From Bispira polyomma (taxonomy: Eukaryota): DNA of 64,000 nucleotides. A program made the position numbers and the translations under genes. The first letter of the stretch is position 1. Each line of letters begins with the position of its first letter. The notes beneath the pieces were generated by a model. That model saw only the letters and a program-made list of their open reading frames with translations. It searched no databases and was not told where the DNA came from. Below are positions 39,691-53,899 of this stretch, piece after piece. The stretch lies in contig OZ287758.1 in the NCBI GenBank assembly GCA_965649765.1, forward strand, positions 16,554,001 to 16,618,000. The letters are read 5' to 3'.

Positions 39691-42305
39691 GAAAAATGCC
39701 ATATAATAACCCATGAAAGGTACAGGTTTTGCCATTTGTTACAATAATGTTTCATTTATTAATTACATGTATGCATGTCCGAGGCAACAAGCAAAAAGTT
39801 TCTCTTGCAAACAGAAATCATACCTTCTGTTAAACTAAGTATAAGCGTGAAAATTATTACACAATATGTACTAATCGTTATTTTATAATAGTGACTGCAT
39901 AGTTCAGAAAAGCTGTTATGGAACAGTTTTGCATGTATATTTGGGATATATTATAATGTCTCATAATGTCAGAGTCACTGCATAAACAAGACATGACTCG
40001 TCAGTCACTAAAAGCACAACCTTTACGGTAATCAGTTGACAGTGAAATGTTTATTGTTGTCACCAATAAGAGGTGTAGAGCGACCGAGTCAGTTTGCCGC
40101 TCTTTTCACAAACACCTTTGAGATCGTACAAGAAGGGAACAAATATTTTACTTCCCATACTATTTCCCTTGAAATGTATTAAGGATCTTGAAGTAGCCCC
40201 CTGAAAATGGTGCTTTTGTTGTAAAAGGTTGGCAAAATCATATTGTTTTGGTGGTTCGCTTACAAATGTTCCTTTTTTTATGTGACAAAGTGTTATTTCT
40301 GCCTTTTTACATTGTAACTATATTGAACTATATATTTGTTATACCTACATCTTGGTAAAATGGTACCATACTTGGTCACTATGGAATGGGGTAAAACATT
40401 TGCATTTTAGTGTTTAAGTATATTTCAGAGTCAAATTAAAAATGACGACTTACATTTAATTATAGAGTTGACAAGCTAATAGATTATAACCAAACTTTTT
40501 ATCAATTTTGCCATGTACCTCTTATTTTATCTATCTCAACTTGACCCTTTTTAGATTGGTTTAAGGACCTGTGTTAACACCTAAAAGGTTGTTATTGTCA
40601 GTACAGATAAATTAATTTTATGGAGAGCTGGAACGAAATGAAATATGTGAAAATATAGGGAATTACTTTATGGTTGGGTACAGATCTGCTTCATTGAGAT
40701 GTACTTGACCTTTAAAATAATTGGTAGGATTGTTTGTCACTAGGATTGCAGAAAAACGAATCCCCGTCAATGAGTGTCTTTTTAAAAGGTTACTTATGTT
40801 TTTATCATTACTGATTAATGATTTTGGACTCCTCACAGATCGCAACTGGGAAATACTTTATTACTAACATACACGTTGATCATTAACATATTTTTGATCC
40901 ATTTAAGCCAAAATAGATGGCCACTAAAAGTTGTCATCTTGAAAATAGTTTGGCTTTGTGTAATAAAATATATGCAGGTTTATCGTGGGAAAATTACTGG
41001 AAATTGATTTCAGGCCTAAAAAGATATCAGTGTTTTTCACATATTTATTCTATTTACCTCACATACAAGTAAAAACTGTAAGATAAAAAATATACAACCG
41101 TCTTTAAATTACATCTCCACACTTGGTCAAAAACCTGAGAGCAAAGAGAAAATAAACAGAGACATCTGAATTGTCTCATCCCCGGGGGAAATCACTGGCC
41201 AGACACTTTTAGTGCCTTATCAATCAAAAAATATGTATCCTCATTTTCTCTGCTTCTAACTTGCATATATATATCCTTCAAATCTTTTTCAAGGCTATTT
41301 GAGAGGTTGACTTCTACACTGTCTTAAACAAGCTGACTTCTTAATTTCCGGCATATCTAGTTGTAAAAGTACAATACAAATAAACAAACAGTTGAACTTT
41401 CAATCTTTTAGGGATTTTAATACTAACCTAATTTTTAATGTACATTAAGTCTTTAGAAACTTTAAGTTACCATGTTTAAATTTGTTGCATATTTTTTTCT
41501 ATTTTCACTAAATAATGAACATCATATATATTTTCTTAAAAGGGCTTGAGTAGTGACACAAACATCTAATCCAGAGAGGCCAAAGACATTCAGCTGAATT
41601 AAGTAGTAGGTTTGTTGGTTATTTAGTGGCCTTTCATATCTGGTGTAGAATATTCCTATAATGTGCTGAGAAATGAAGAAGTGATTTTAAAAAATATATT
41701 TTTTGCTGATCCATAGATGTAACCAGGTCATAGGACCAATTAATGGACGCTTTCATATCAATACCAATTTTCCATTAATGGCGATTTCCAATTGACACAA
41801 ACATTTTTTTTAAACCTTTAAGATATTGGATCACCATTATTTGATCATTTGATCAAGTCAACATGGATGTAGACATTGAAGAATTTATAATTTTATTGTT
41901 AGATTATTTAGAATAAAAAAAGTAATTAATTTATAGCGCTATTTTTAAAACTAACACACTCGTCTCCACCCGAGCAGTCTTGGTTTTCATACTCGACCCC
42001 GGCATAATGTGGCATATTTAGTAGTATGTTGCAGTATAGACCAAACAACTTGTACTGCAAAATGGGAAATATTATATAAATACTAATTACTACTAAACAA
42101 ATAAAAGAAAGAATGAAATAATGAATGAATAAGTGAGTGAATATGAATAACCGGTGACAAGGATTCTACCCAAGCCCTTAGAAGTCACACTGCATCAAAT
42201 ATTTTCTCACTCTGACACCAGAACTACAATCTCTTTAATCTGAATCGACGATTGCACTACATCACACCACTTCATACTCCATATAAACTATACATCTCTA
42301 CAACC

Positions 42306-42336
<31 letters not shown>

Positions 42337-42719
42337 ATAGCACATGGGCACACTAAACCAAGAAAAAAATTCCTTTTAAAGATTTCTCTAAGTTAAATTG
42401 CAGTGTTATTTTGTGGAGGGCAGTCTAGTGTCGTGTGGGAAGCTAATACATATCAATATATAAAAAAATTGGGGGATATATCCGAGAAAGTGCAATATAA
42501 TATGTTAGTATTTTGAAAATTAGGATTTGCTGTTTTATGAAATGCCTTTTGTTTGTATATAAATATTTATATCAGCCCAATTTCAGGAATATTTATAAAC
42601 TAAGATGAAAACACAGGATGTGGATACATAAATGTGGTGAGGGACTAAATATATTTCGTTAATATTATGTCTATATGTCTATATATGTTTATATATATAT
42701 ACAAAAATGTATTTGTGAG

Positions 42720-45700
42720 CTGTCAAAACTTTGGATTGTAACAGTGTAAAAACAAAAATAATACCATAATTTGGCATATTACTATGGCAAATATTTTTCC
42801 ATTAATAGTAAATATCGATAAAACAATCCATAAAAATTAAGCAATATGAGTAGTATGTGTACATTGTTTACACACATTGTATAGCATACATTTTTGTGCC
42901 AATTTCACCCTTATTTAACCCCATTACCTCTATCATGGTAGCAACCCATGCCAATCTCTAATGGTTGGCGCCACTGAACACTTTACTTGACAACAAGCAC
43001 ACAGAAGGTTTCTCTTTGGAGTCAATGAGTCATCTATAATGTGTAACATGCTACCATTTATGAGTGTATGGCAGTGTATTGTTGGTAATTTTATGTAATA
43101 AATGATGTAAGTGCAGAAAGAGAACAAACAGGACAATTTCTAGAAAACGTTTTCTGTATTGTTTTGTCTAATTTTAATGAGACAAAATCATGCTATCGCG
43201 TGGCCCAGTGGTTTCAGAGTCAGTCTGGCGATCAACAGGTCAACTGGTTTGATACTATGATTGTCACTGTATATAACATCCTTGGTAAAGATGTAAATAA
43301 CCCCCCTGTCTACTAATGATGATCAATTGGTGATGTTTTAGGCTCATGGTGTGTTAATACTGATGTTGCACTTGTTGCCTGACACCAATGAGGTGCATGT
43401 AAAATCCACACTACTATACAAGATACCAATAAAATTTAACCATGATCAAAATGCATACATGCCAGAAAAGAATGTTTGTTTTCGTTTCCACATTGACATA
43501 CTAATATTTTGTTGGTAGAGAAATTCAATTCCTGTTAGTGTTACAGCTTTTACATTTTGCTAAGACAGGTTTCAATAGAAAGTAATGCTTTAGTTAGACA
43601 AATAGGGCACATTTTCAGCCAGAGAAAATTTTCTTAATGGTTTTATCTTATTTTAATAAGGCAAAATCATGGTTTCACGTGGCCTAGTGGTTAAGGAGTT
43701 GTTCTGGCAATCAAGTGGTCCTTGGTTCGACAACATAATTGTCACTGGATATGGCATCCTTGGTCAAAAATGTAAACACATCATTCTCTACTGATGATGA
43801 CCAATTGGCGATGTATTAGGCTCATAATATGTGGTTTGTTGATTTTGATGGTGCAATAAAATCAAGCAGTCCTTGCTTAAGATGTAAAAACACCATAGTG
43901 TGTGATGAATTGGCGATGTATATTGGGCTCATGGTTAATGGTTTGTTGATTCTGATGGTGCACTTGTTGTCTGACATCAATGAGGTACATTAATAATCCA
44001 CAATACTTTACAAAATATAATAATATTTTAACCATGATCAAAATGCATACATGCCATAAAATAATGTTTCATTTCCACTAACTTTTCATGACATGTATAT
44101 TTTTAGAAAATTTGCCAATTATGTAAAAAATATATTCCCTTGCTTTAGTGTTAAATGCTCTTAAAAGCTGACAAGTGTTAGTGATCAATGTTAAGTTAAA
44201 GCCTACATGTGATTCAACTAAAAAAAATTTAAAATACTGTAAAAATATCTTTGTGTTTACAACAGTGTAAAGATTCAGTAACTTTTCTATCCCACAGAAC
44301 ATATATATAAGCTGCCCAGAAACCAAAAAAGTAAGCTTTTTCTGACAAATGCTTACAAGGCCCAGTAAATACATCCTATCTCAGTTTTTGTGCTGCCTTA
44401 GGGACTTAACAATCACATATTGCTAAAAAAGTACCTTGTCAATTATCCATTTCTGATAACGTCTGTGAGATTTATAACCCTGGAGATGTATAACCACAGG
44501 ACACTCTGCAGAGCGCATATCTCCACCAATGCACCAATATGCCCCCCACCCAGAAATAGCTGTATGGGCCAAAGAAGAGTGCATAAAACTGTGGATTGAA
44601 TGCGAGAGGAATTGCAGATTTAGGAATATTTTTTAACATAATTTCCTTAGCAGAGGTAATATATAGGTTATGCGTAATGTTGATTCTATATGTTATTTTT
44701 GTATTGTATTTTTAGAGCACCTCATTGATGCCAGTTATTTTTCAAAGCACAAGACTGTGCCAACAACTGAGATTAAAAATAAATAGTACATATTATTTTG
44801 AATAAGTTAAATATGTTACAATAGACTGTTACAAATATAATTAACATATACCAATTTCTTTCTTTTCAATACTGTGTCTTTAAAAATTAAACATTTGATA
44901 TATGTTTTAACTTTTGTTTTTTTATTTCAGCTGTTAAATGTGTAACATCTGTTAGACAAAACAAATGAGGAGGGTTTAAGAGAAAACCGTTGCTCTGCTG
45001 CCTACTGACATGGTGTATGATTACAGCAACAACACAGACCATGTCCGCAATGGCCATGGAAATCTACACTTACCTAGGATTTCACTGACAGAAATTACTG
45101 TAGGTTCAAATTGTTATACGGCTTATGTTTCTGTGATCGGTAATCGCCATACAAGCATAAGGATCCTTTTTGTAAGTCGAAGTGGGAGACCGGCAATGAT
45201 CTCTTGTAGAATCCCTAGTCCTGACGTCCCAACATACACATCTACATATTGCAAAATGCAGGGCGGGTCATGTTATTAAATTTTTTTGTTTTAAATGAAG
45301 TGTTTATAAGTTTAAATTGTCCTTACATCTTTAACTTATTTCATTGGTCTCACAGACACAACATAAAATGTTGGAACTACTGAGTTTATTCCCGGAATTG
45401 CAAACAGTATATGTCAAGGGATAAACTCGAACATGACTATTCATCAAATGAGAACAAAGAGAATAGTTCCAAATATTAATGGAAGTACCTAAATAATATG
45501 GTCTCCCAGTTGAGCTGAGATCACTTGAAACACTATCTGAGTCTAGAAAAAAGCTTAAAACCCATCTCTTCAAACTCGCCTATCCCCCATAGTTCCCTGT
45601 CTATACACCCCACACCCTTCCTTACAACCTTGGCTATGTTTTTGCACTTCTCTATTGGTTTATTGACTCCATGATTAAAAATCAAAAATACAATAATTCG

Positions 45701-46850
45701 ATAATAGGGCCTTGCATAATTAGATAAAATGAACTGAACACATAATATCTTGTAAAAAAGGGTATGTATGTATACTATTCTTAGATTGTCAGGTTATAGA
45801 ATCCATGAACTCAATAGCCAACAAATATAAAAAATAAGGTAAAAATCTGCACATTCTAAATGTATCTGCTTTTCATGTATTTGTTTCCGCAGTTTTTGTT
45901 TAATCCTGGTGACAACTAAACAAACAAACAAAATTCGGTAAAAACAGTCATAACTGACATTCTTATGGTGGGGATATGTTTCCTTCAGATATTGCCATTT
46001 GCTTGATTGGAACATAATTAAAAAAGTAAAAAATATGTTAAAGTTTAAAAAACATTTACATTGTATTTAAACTTGCTCTAAAAAAGGGTGGCAAGCATGA
46101 GAGCAAATTAATTAAATTATGAATAATGTAAACTGGTCACAGACCCGAGAGTGTTGCAAGCATATAAAGGCAGAAAAAACGTACATAAAAAGGTCTGGTT
46201 CTCCAAAATTCTAGATTGTAGTTAAATCAAATCTGACTGCATATTTGAATTCAGCACTGAAGGCTCTTCGAAAATGAATGGTTACAAGTACAGGTTATTT
46301 CCATATACATAAGTTAAACATAGCATTCACTGAAGTTGAGTCAGAGTTTTTTTTGCCGCAAAGACAATCGCAGATCTCTGTGCAGTTTTTATGACTTCTG
46401 GTATTATAATACACTAGTATCTACACAGAGAAACTCTCACAACACATTTTTGTTGTTGAATTATGACTCAGCCGTGGTTTTGACAGTCACAAACCACAGA
46501 GACAGTAGAATTTATCAACCATTTAGTTTTATGGATTGTGTCTGTTGGTGTTTATAACATTTGGCCCATATAGAGATGTAAATGTATGAAGCAATGGGGA
46601 ATCTGTATTGTGTAGGTGAAACACTGTACTGTTACTGCATCTGTGAAACAAAATAATATAAAAATAGAGGTTTAGTAACCCATGAAAAGTACATTTTGTG
46701 CTAATATTCTTGACACCTGTTGTCTTTATTGCTCTTATATATTTTCTGGGAAACAAGCAAAAATCTAAATTTCTATTGCTGACAAAAATCTTAGTTTCTG
46801 AAAAGAAAACTATAAGGGTACATTATTATACAATATGTTATTACTAGTTT
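42720..46850. repeat. Segmental repeat family B, copy B3 (partial)
   Basis: Colinear with 32740-33217 plus 36518-39900. Confidence 0.9.
43190..44010 (+). mobile_element. Two to three tandem, decayed tRNA-derived (CORE-like) SINE copies; partial paralog at 33020-33217
   Basis: A boxes TGGCCCAGTGG (~43201) and TGGCCTAGTGG (~43680), B-box-like GGTTYGA, and a CORE-like TCCTTGGTxAAGATGTAAA segment. Confidence 0.6.
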
Positions 46851-47570
46851 GCATTTTTAATGAAACGTAATGTTTGTTGAAGACAAATGATCTATTAACT
46901 GATCAAGTATTACCTTGACATATTAATACTTTTAGGACCCCAATTCGACTTTGAAGTGAGGGGGTGGTGGGTCGAGGGGGAAAATTGACTGACTTATTTG
47001 ATTTATATCGCCCGTCAATCGATCAAATTTGGCCTGTTTGATCCAAAAATAATTTCAGAGAAAAGTTGGAGACAAGCAAAAAAAATAACAACTGCAAAAT
47101 AAAAAAATATTTTTTTGATATTTGTAAAGGTCAAAGATGAATATGTTATATGTCACCATTTTTGTCCTTGCCTATAGAAGGTACCATCCTTCGACAATTC
47201 TAAGGGAGATATTCAAGTAAGACCATAATGCGGAGATGGCGAGAAAACCAGTGGTGAATGTAACTAAGCACTCTTTTTAAGGGAGCTTACTATAACTTTT
47301 TGTGAATACGGCCCCTGGATTACACAAAAAACAACAACTGAAGGGCACTCAGTAGGGTGTATACCTCTGCTAATTAAGGCAAAGTCACATTGACAAAAAA
47401 TGAAACAATTTCTAGATTGGGCTTTCTGCCCAAATCTACTATAAAAGTGAAAGGCTTCCTCCTTGACCCATGCTTCATCCCCTTCATTGTGTTGACAAGA
47501 ATGCAAATTCCAACCTGTCAGAGTCCATATTCTCAAACAAAACCTTTTAAGCTCAACAGAAATGAAGGCA

Positions 47571-48208
47571 GTAAGTCATCATAAAGTCCTGATTAACCTG
47601 TAACTCATCATAAAATCCTGATAGCCCGTAACTCATCAGAAAGTCCTGATTAACCTGTAACTCTTCAGAAAGTCCTGATTAACCTGTAACTCATCAGAAA
47701 ATCGTGATTAACCTGTAACTCATCAGAAAGTTCTGATTAACCTGTAACTAATTAGAAAGCCCTGATTAAACTGTAACTCATCATAAAGTCCTGATTAACC
47801 TGTAACTCATCATAAAATCCTGATAGCCCGTAACTCATCAGAAAGTCCTGATTAACCTGTAACTCTTCAGAAAGTCCTGATTAACCTGTAACTCATCAGA
47901 AAATCGTGATTAACCTGTAACTCATCAGAAAGTTCTGATTAACCTGTAACTAATTAGAAAGTCCTGATTAAACTGTAACTCATCAGAAAGTCCTGATTAA
48001 CCTGTAACTTATCAAAAAGTCCTGATTAACCTGTAACTAATCATAAAGTCCTGATTAACCTGTAATTCATCAAAAAGTTCTGATTAACCTGTAACTCATC
48101 AGAAAGTCCTGATTAAACTGTAACTCATCAGAAAGTCTTGATTAACCTGTAACTCATCAAAAAGTCCCGATTATCCTGTAACTAATCACAAAATTCTGAT
48201 TAACCTGA
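47571..48208. repeat. 29-bp minisatellite, ~22 copies (CCTGATTAACCTGTAACTCATCAGAAAGT)
   Basis: Head-to-tail repeats with no spacers. Confidence 0.97.
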
Positions 48209-48849
48209 ATTGATGGCCCCTAACTTTGGCCATCGTCTCCAGTAGCTGATAATCAAGGATTTTTCCAAAATAACCTTACGTTATCAATATATAAAACCAA
48301 ATTATCGGTAATCTGGTGCCCAAATTAAGGTGACCTTTAAGTTTAAGGTCGCCTTTACTTTTGTAAATAAGTACTAAAAATGGTGTTGTAAATATTATTG
48401 TAGCAGTAAATGTTTAATAAAATCACAAATTGAAAGCGATGATGAAAAACATATTACTAAATTGTACTTAATTCAAAAGTGAGATAATTCGTCTTTTAAA
48501 AATTGTACAAAAAAGATGTTGCAGAGTTTAATGTCCTGTGTCAAAGTAAAAAAAATTAGAAACGCTCTTGTCATATCTACAAATTGTAGTGTTTACAGTA
48601 TATTATCTCATGTAATTTTTAAAATAGATTGGTGTTTTTGTGTTTTTGACTTGTGTCTGGTAAGCCTATAAAAGCCTGGGTGTTAATATGTTTAGGTCAA
48701 ATATTATTGTACTGACATTGTATTTTAACATGTGACATATAAATATAAGATATTCTCTTTTATTCTATTCTATACTGTTGGCACACATATTGTTTTATTT
48801 TAATGTCACTTGCTTTTTATCTCTAATAATGGGGCGACACGGCAGGAAT

Positions 48850-51800
48850 AAAGACGCACTACCAATAATGCTTCTGGATATGTGAATATGTCTGACCACC
48901 ACAGCACAACTCTCTTAAGGTAGTGTGGCCCTCACACAGAGCAGATCCAGACCTAGCAATTTATTGTGACCCTACAGAGGCCGACCCCCATTGAGTTTGA
49001 TGAAGCTTTGTGTCATCAAGTGTTAATAGGTCAGACTACTAAGTCAGGAGTATGAGGCAGGTTGTGATATAAAATCCACACAGACTTTTAGTATTCCCAG
49101 GACCCATGTTTGACCTAAGACTCACGCTTTATCTTAGATTCAGTACACTATTGTACTTAATGTGAGACACTGTTTAACCTTATCCAACTAATTTCAGTGA
49201 TTAGGATTAAAGAGATTGTGGTTCTGGTGTCAGAGTAAGAAAATATTGTATGCAGTGTGACATATAAGAAACTGGGTAGAATTCTTGCCACCTGTTATTC
49301 ACTCACTTATTAATTCATTTTTTCATTCTTTCTTTCATTTATTTAGTAGTAATTAGTATTTATATAAAATTTTCTGCTTTGCAGTACAAGTCAGTTGGTT
49401 TGTACTGCAACCCACTACTAAATATGCCAAGTGCATGCCGGGGTCGAGAATGAAATCCAAAACTGCAGAGGTGGGAGACGTGTGTGTCAGCCCTAAACCA
49501 TTAAGACATCTGACATAAAGAAGGGAACTCACACATAAAGTCATGTGTTAGACAAGTAGTCTTACGGTATAAATATCTTAATGTCACCTCCTTTTTCGAT
49601 TAGCTTGAGGATCTGTGTAAACACCTAAAACTGATGCAATAAGCCATTTTAACACGAGGACCTAACTGTTATTTATTTTCATTTCCTTTAAATCCATTTT
49701 TTACTGAGAACTGTTATGATTGCTTGGAAGGGTAAGGGGCATGTAATAACGAAGTTAGTTAATTTAATGACAACAATCTGCTCCTTTAAGATGTAGTTCT
49801 CTTCTTATGTCAAGGAGGTTATCTTTTCACCTGTGTCCATCGGTTTGTTTGTTTGTCACCAGGATTACACAAAAAGAAAAAACAATTTAAAATTACTTGA
49901 TATGAAATTTGGCGGAGGGATGAGGGCATTGAACAAAGAAGGCATCTATTAAATGTTGGAGCAGTGATACCTTGGTGGAGGTATGTCCTCTACTCAATAC
50001 CCTATTATGTTTTCATTCCAACAGTGTGCTGTAATACTACAATCCCTTTTAATACATAAAATACGGTGACTCTGATGAAAAATATTTTTACAGTTTTTCT
50101 GTCTTTTGAATTAACTAAAGTTAATGCTATGGTTTTAGACATTGGTCAGAGACAGTATAAATGACTCTTCTTAAAGATCCAACTTCTCCCTTCATCATTA
50201 TTTATTTATTTTTATTACTCGTACACAAAGTATAAATGTATTGTTTAAAAAACTTACAATAAAAAGGGGGGTGGGGGTGCGATACAATTACAGAATTTAC
50301 AAATAAGTACTTGAGGAAACATTTTAAAATACAGAGAAAATAAAATATACAGAGAAAAGAAAATAGGAAAAAAAGACTTGAAATAAGCAATATAACATTA
50401 CATGTTACCTAGCTTTTTTTATACAAAATAATGTAACAAAAGAATATATATTATTGATTATGGCCACATGCATGTAAACTTGTTAAAATATGTTTGTATA
50501 ACCTAGATATAAATTTTAACAAAATAACTAAGTACATTATCTTTTCAAAAATCATTTCTTTCTTCCTTAGTACATGTATCTCCTACACCAGATATGTAAG
50601 GCCACTAAATTACCACCAAACCTACTATTAAATTCAACTGAATGTCTTTGCTCTCTCCGGATTAGATGTTTGTGTCACGACTCAAGCTCTTATGCTTTTA
50701 AGAAATATATAAATAGTGTTTATTATTTAATGAAAATAAAAAATAGATATGTGACAGACTTATGCATGGTGAAGACTTAATGTACATTAAATATATATAA
50801 GGTTAGGAGTAAAATCACTAAAAGATAGCAAGTTTAGAGATTCAATGTGCTTTATATTGGTTTATTTGTATTTTAGTTTCACAAGTAGATATGCCAGAAT
50901 TTAAGAAGTCAGCTTGTTTAAGTCAGCCTGGATGTCAACCTCTCAAAAAGCCTTGGAAAGGATTTAAAGGATATCCTTACATATGCAAGTTAAAAGCAGA
51001 GAAAACAAGGATACATATTTTTTTGTTGATAAGACACTAAAAGTGTCTGGATAGTGATTTCCCCCGAGCATGATAACCGTTGAGATGTCTGATTTTTCCT
51101 TTTTGCTCTGAGGTTTATGACCAAATGTAGAGAGCTAATTTAAAGATGGTTGTATATTTTATTTCATCTTACAAGTTTTACTTGAATGTGAGGCAAATAG
51201 AATAACTATTAAAAACCCTAATATATTTTTAGGCCTGAAATCTATTTCTTACCACACCAACGCCAAATGCCAAAATAATACTTTCTCACATATGAAAAAG
51301 GAACATTCAGAAGCAAACCACCGAAGCAATATGATACTGCAAACATTTTACACAAGAAAAGCACAATTTTTAGGGAGCTATTTCAAAATCCTTATTACAT
51401 TTCAAGGGATTTTAATCGATCCCATACATACATTCAGAATCGTTCAATGACAGCTTTTCAGGACTATTTGGTCATTAATAAAAACAGCAATGAGTACATG
51501 CTGTGTGATAATGCCCCCTTACAGATATCTTAGCAGAAGGTGAGATTTCCTAGTACATACATTATATATATAAGCAATAAATGCAACATTATTGCAATAA
51601 ATAACAAAACTGTATTATATATGTTTAATGTTCCTTATTGATTTGAGGTATATTTTAAAGCACAACAACAGCATCAATTAACCAAACCAGAAGTCCAAAA
51701 CACACAGCCAATGTCGTAAGGAAGGATGTAGGGTGTTCAAGTGGAAAGTTAAAAAGGATCAGCAACTTGGAAGAGATAGGTTTTAAGTTTTCTCCCATAC

Positions 51801-52430
51801 CCAGAAAGTGTCTCCAGTGATCTCAGTTCAAGAGGGAGACTATTCCATAAAATACGGGCAGTAAATAAGAAATCTTTAGATCCAGCCCTCTTGGCAGATT
51901 TTACAAAGGAAACAGAAGGTATCTTTCCCCTCTTTTTCCCTCTCTAAAGAAATGATGAGTACAATTTTTATTCTGAATTACCAAAATCGATTTACCTATG
52001 TTTTATTTTACAGACACAGCAACAGTACAGTTTTTGCAGACAATACAGATTTACCATTGCTCCATTTACATCTCTATAAGGGCCAAATATTATAAACACC
52101 AACAGACACAACCCATAAAACTGAATGGAATGACAAAAACTTCTGCCTCTGTGGTTTGTGACTGTCAAAACCTAGGGTGGGTCATAATTCAGCAAAAAAA
52201 AAAAAACGTGTTGTGGGAGTTTCTCTGTGGAAATAGTGGTTTATTAGTATACCAGACATCATAAAACCTGCACTGAGACCGGAAACCCCGCCATGGCACT
52301 GCACTGTTTTTATCTGCATTATATATATATGCTCACAACACTCTTGACTCTGTGACACTTTACATTATTCATCCATGAATTGATTTCATTGCTCTAATGC
52401 TTTCTACCCTTTTAAAGTAGAGGTTGAAAA
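48850..52430 (-). repeat. Inverted copy of segmental repeat family B
   Basis: Reverse-complement matches: 48990-49150 to 32230-32400; 49180-49500 to 41950-42240; 50550-51250 to 30300-31020; 51670-51920 to 39400-39640; 52010-52280 to 39130-39400. Confidence 0.92.
49805..50010 (+). mobile_element. Short Helentron-type non-autonomous element (related fragments on the minus strand at ~31630-31692, 38560-38680, 45840-45935)
   Basis: CAAGGAGGTTAT.TTTTCACC, (GTTT)n, AGGATTAC, AAATTTGG and a subterminal inverted CCTTGGTGGAGGT followed by a 3' hairpin remnant. Confidence 0.65.
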
Positions 52431-52954
52431 ATAGTGTAAAGGTTTGAATAAATACTACAACATGTTTAGCACTTTTGTTAATATTATCCAAGCAATCTTT
52501 AAACAGCAATATCTATCTACTAAAACATAAAACTCATTTATAACTCTAAGCCATTCCACAATTCATGTTACAAAACAAGGTGGATTATATACCACTTGTT
52601 GTATTGTATTGTATTTAAATCGATAAAATTATTTTTTATCTGGTATTCAAGGCTGCACAAAAATGATTTAATATAGTTTGAAATTGTTCAAACGTCAGTG
52701 GTAACATTAGTACTTTTTAAACATCATATTTGTTCTTCTTTTGATGAATGGTCGTTTTCAAGTCGGCCCGATTTTGCAGGCCAAATGAACCTTCATTTAT
52801 ATTGCTTTGAATTTTGAGAATAAATGTAGTATTTTCAATATATTTTTCCAAATAAAATCTGGTACAAGACAATAAGTAAAATATGTTAGAAAAGTAAAAA
52901 GCGAAAACTTTATTTAAAAAAAAATCATTTAATAATCATTGCTTTATTTTAAAT

Positions 52955-53203
52955 GGGGCCGCGGTGGCCTAGTGGTTAGCAAGCATTGCGCTTCACAATC
53001 ACTGGTCTCTCACCTCTGGGCGGCGTGAGTTCGAATCGTGTTGATGCCTATGTGGGAAAGGTGGTAGTTCCTTACTGTGGGCCGCTGGTTTCTCTGCAGA
53101 ACCTTGACCGACTGTATTCTGTTTTCTCCAGAGTTTCCAACTACCCATCCCAATATAACCTACTAAAAGGTACTAGAGTGGACGTTAAATATCCAAATTC
53201 AAA
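52955..53203 (+). mobile_element. tRNA-derived SINE, full length with 13-bp TSD
   Basis: A box TGGCCTAGTGG, B box GTTCGAATC, 3' GGACGTTAAAT. TSD CTTTATTTTAAAT at 52942-52954 and 53204-53216. Confidence 0.93.
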
Positions 53204-53899
53204 CTTTATTTTAAATAATTCGTCTGTGTACAGTATCTTTCTGTGATAATGGTTAAATGGTCTCTGAACCTCCATGTCAGAAAGAAGAACAACAGCTATT
53301 TCCCTCAAGGCCTCTTAGGGTCAATCTTATATATTATGTATATGGTTATTATAAATATTTCGGATCGAACAGACATGTAAAAAGCATGTAGACTGTGGAT
53401 TGACTGGGGATTGGCTGGGGATTAGCTGGGGATTGGCATTGCAGAACATTGTGACCACCTTACCTGTTCTGTCTCTTTTTCAACTAATGAAGTAACCGTC
53501 GCAATATAAACTTCAGACGTTAAACTGAATATTAATCTTAACCCATATGCTGTGTTTGGTCTGTTATGTATTTAAAGCATAGTCTTGGATATGTTTTGTA
53601 TTAGAAAAAAATATCTTAGTAGTATTTCATTGCTTACGTTTTTCTAACCTTTATCTTTAAAGGCAATGGCTGATTTTATAGATATCTACAGTATTGTATT
53701 TTTAGGGGTATATGATACAGGTAAATAAAATACCTGAGCTTAAAAACGACATCAGCTGATTTGGCCCTTTATTCTGGCAGCATAAATATAACATACAGAA
53801 TTATTCATAGGCAACTCCAAATAGTAGAATGATTAACCACATATAAACAAAATATTAATATATATTTTAAACATATGGTGTGATTATGTCTCATCCAAT

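Larger units (their letters stand above)
32760..42715. repeat. Segmental repeat family B, copy B2 (most complete; contains the L1/Tx1 insertion)
   Basis: 36520-39400 is colinear with 44075-46640, and 40970-42715 is colinear with 30280-32750. Confidence 0.9.

Noticed and set aside
37960-45260. Patatin-like motif (LQYVDVYVGTSGLG) on the minus strand of B
   Set aside because: It is not a true GxSxG, the other patatin motifs are not visible, and the coding strand of B is ambiguous.
47571-48208. CRISPR-like array (29-bp repeats)
   Set aside because: Repeats are contiguous with no unique spacers, there are no cas genes, and the context is eukaryotic.
52955-53040. tRNA genes here and at ~5870-5949, 43200 and 43680
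   Set aside because: A/B boxes continue into shared SINE bodies, with TSDs at two sites; no convincing cloverleaf.
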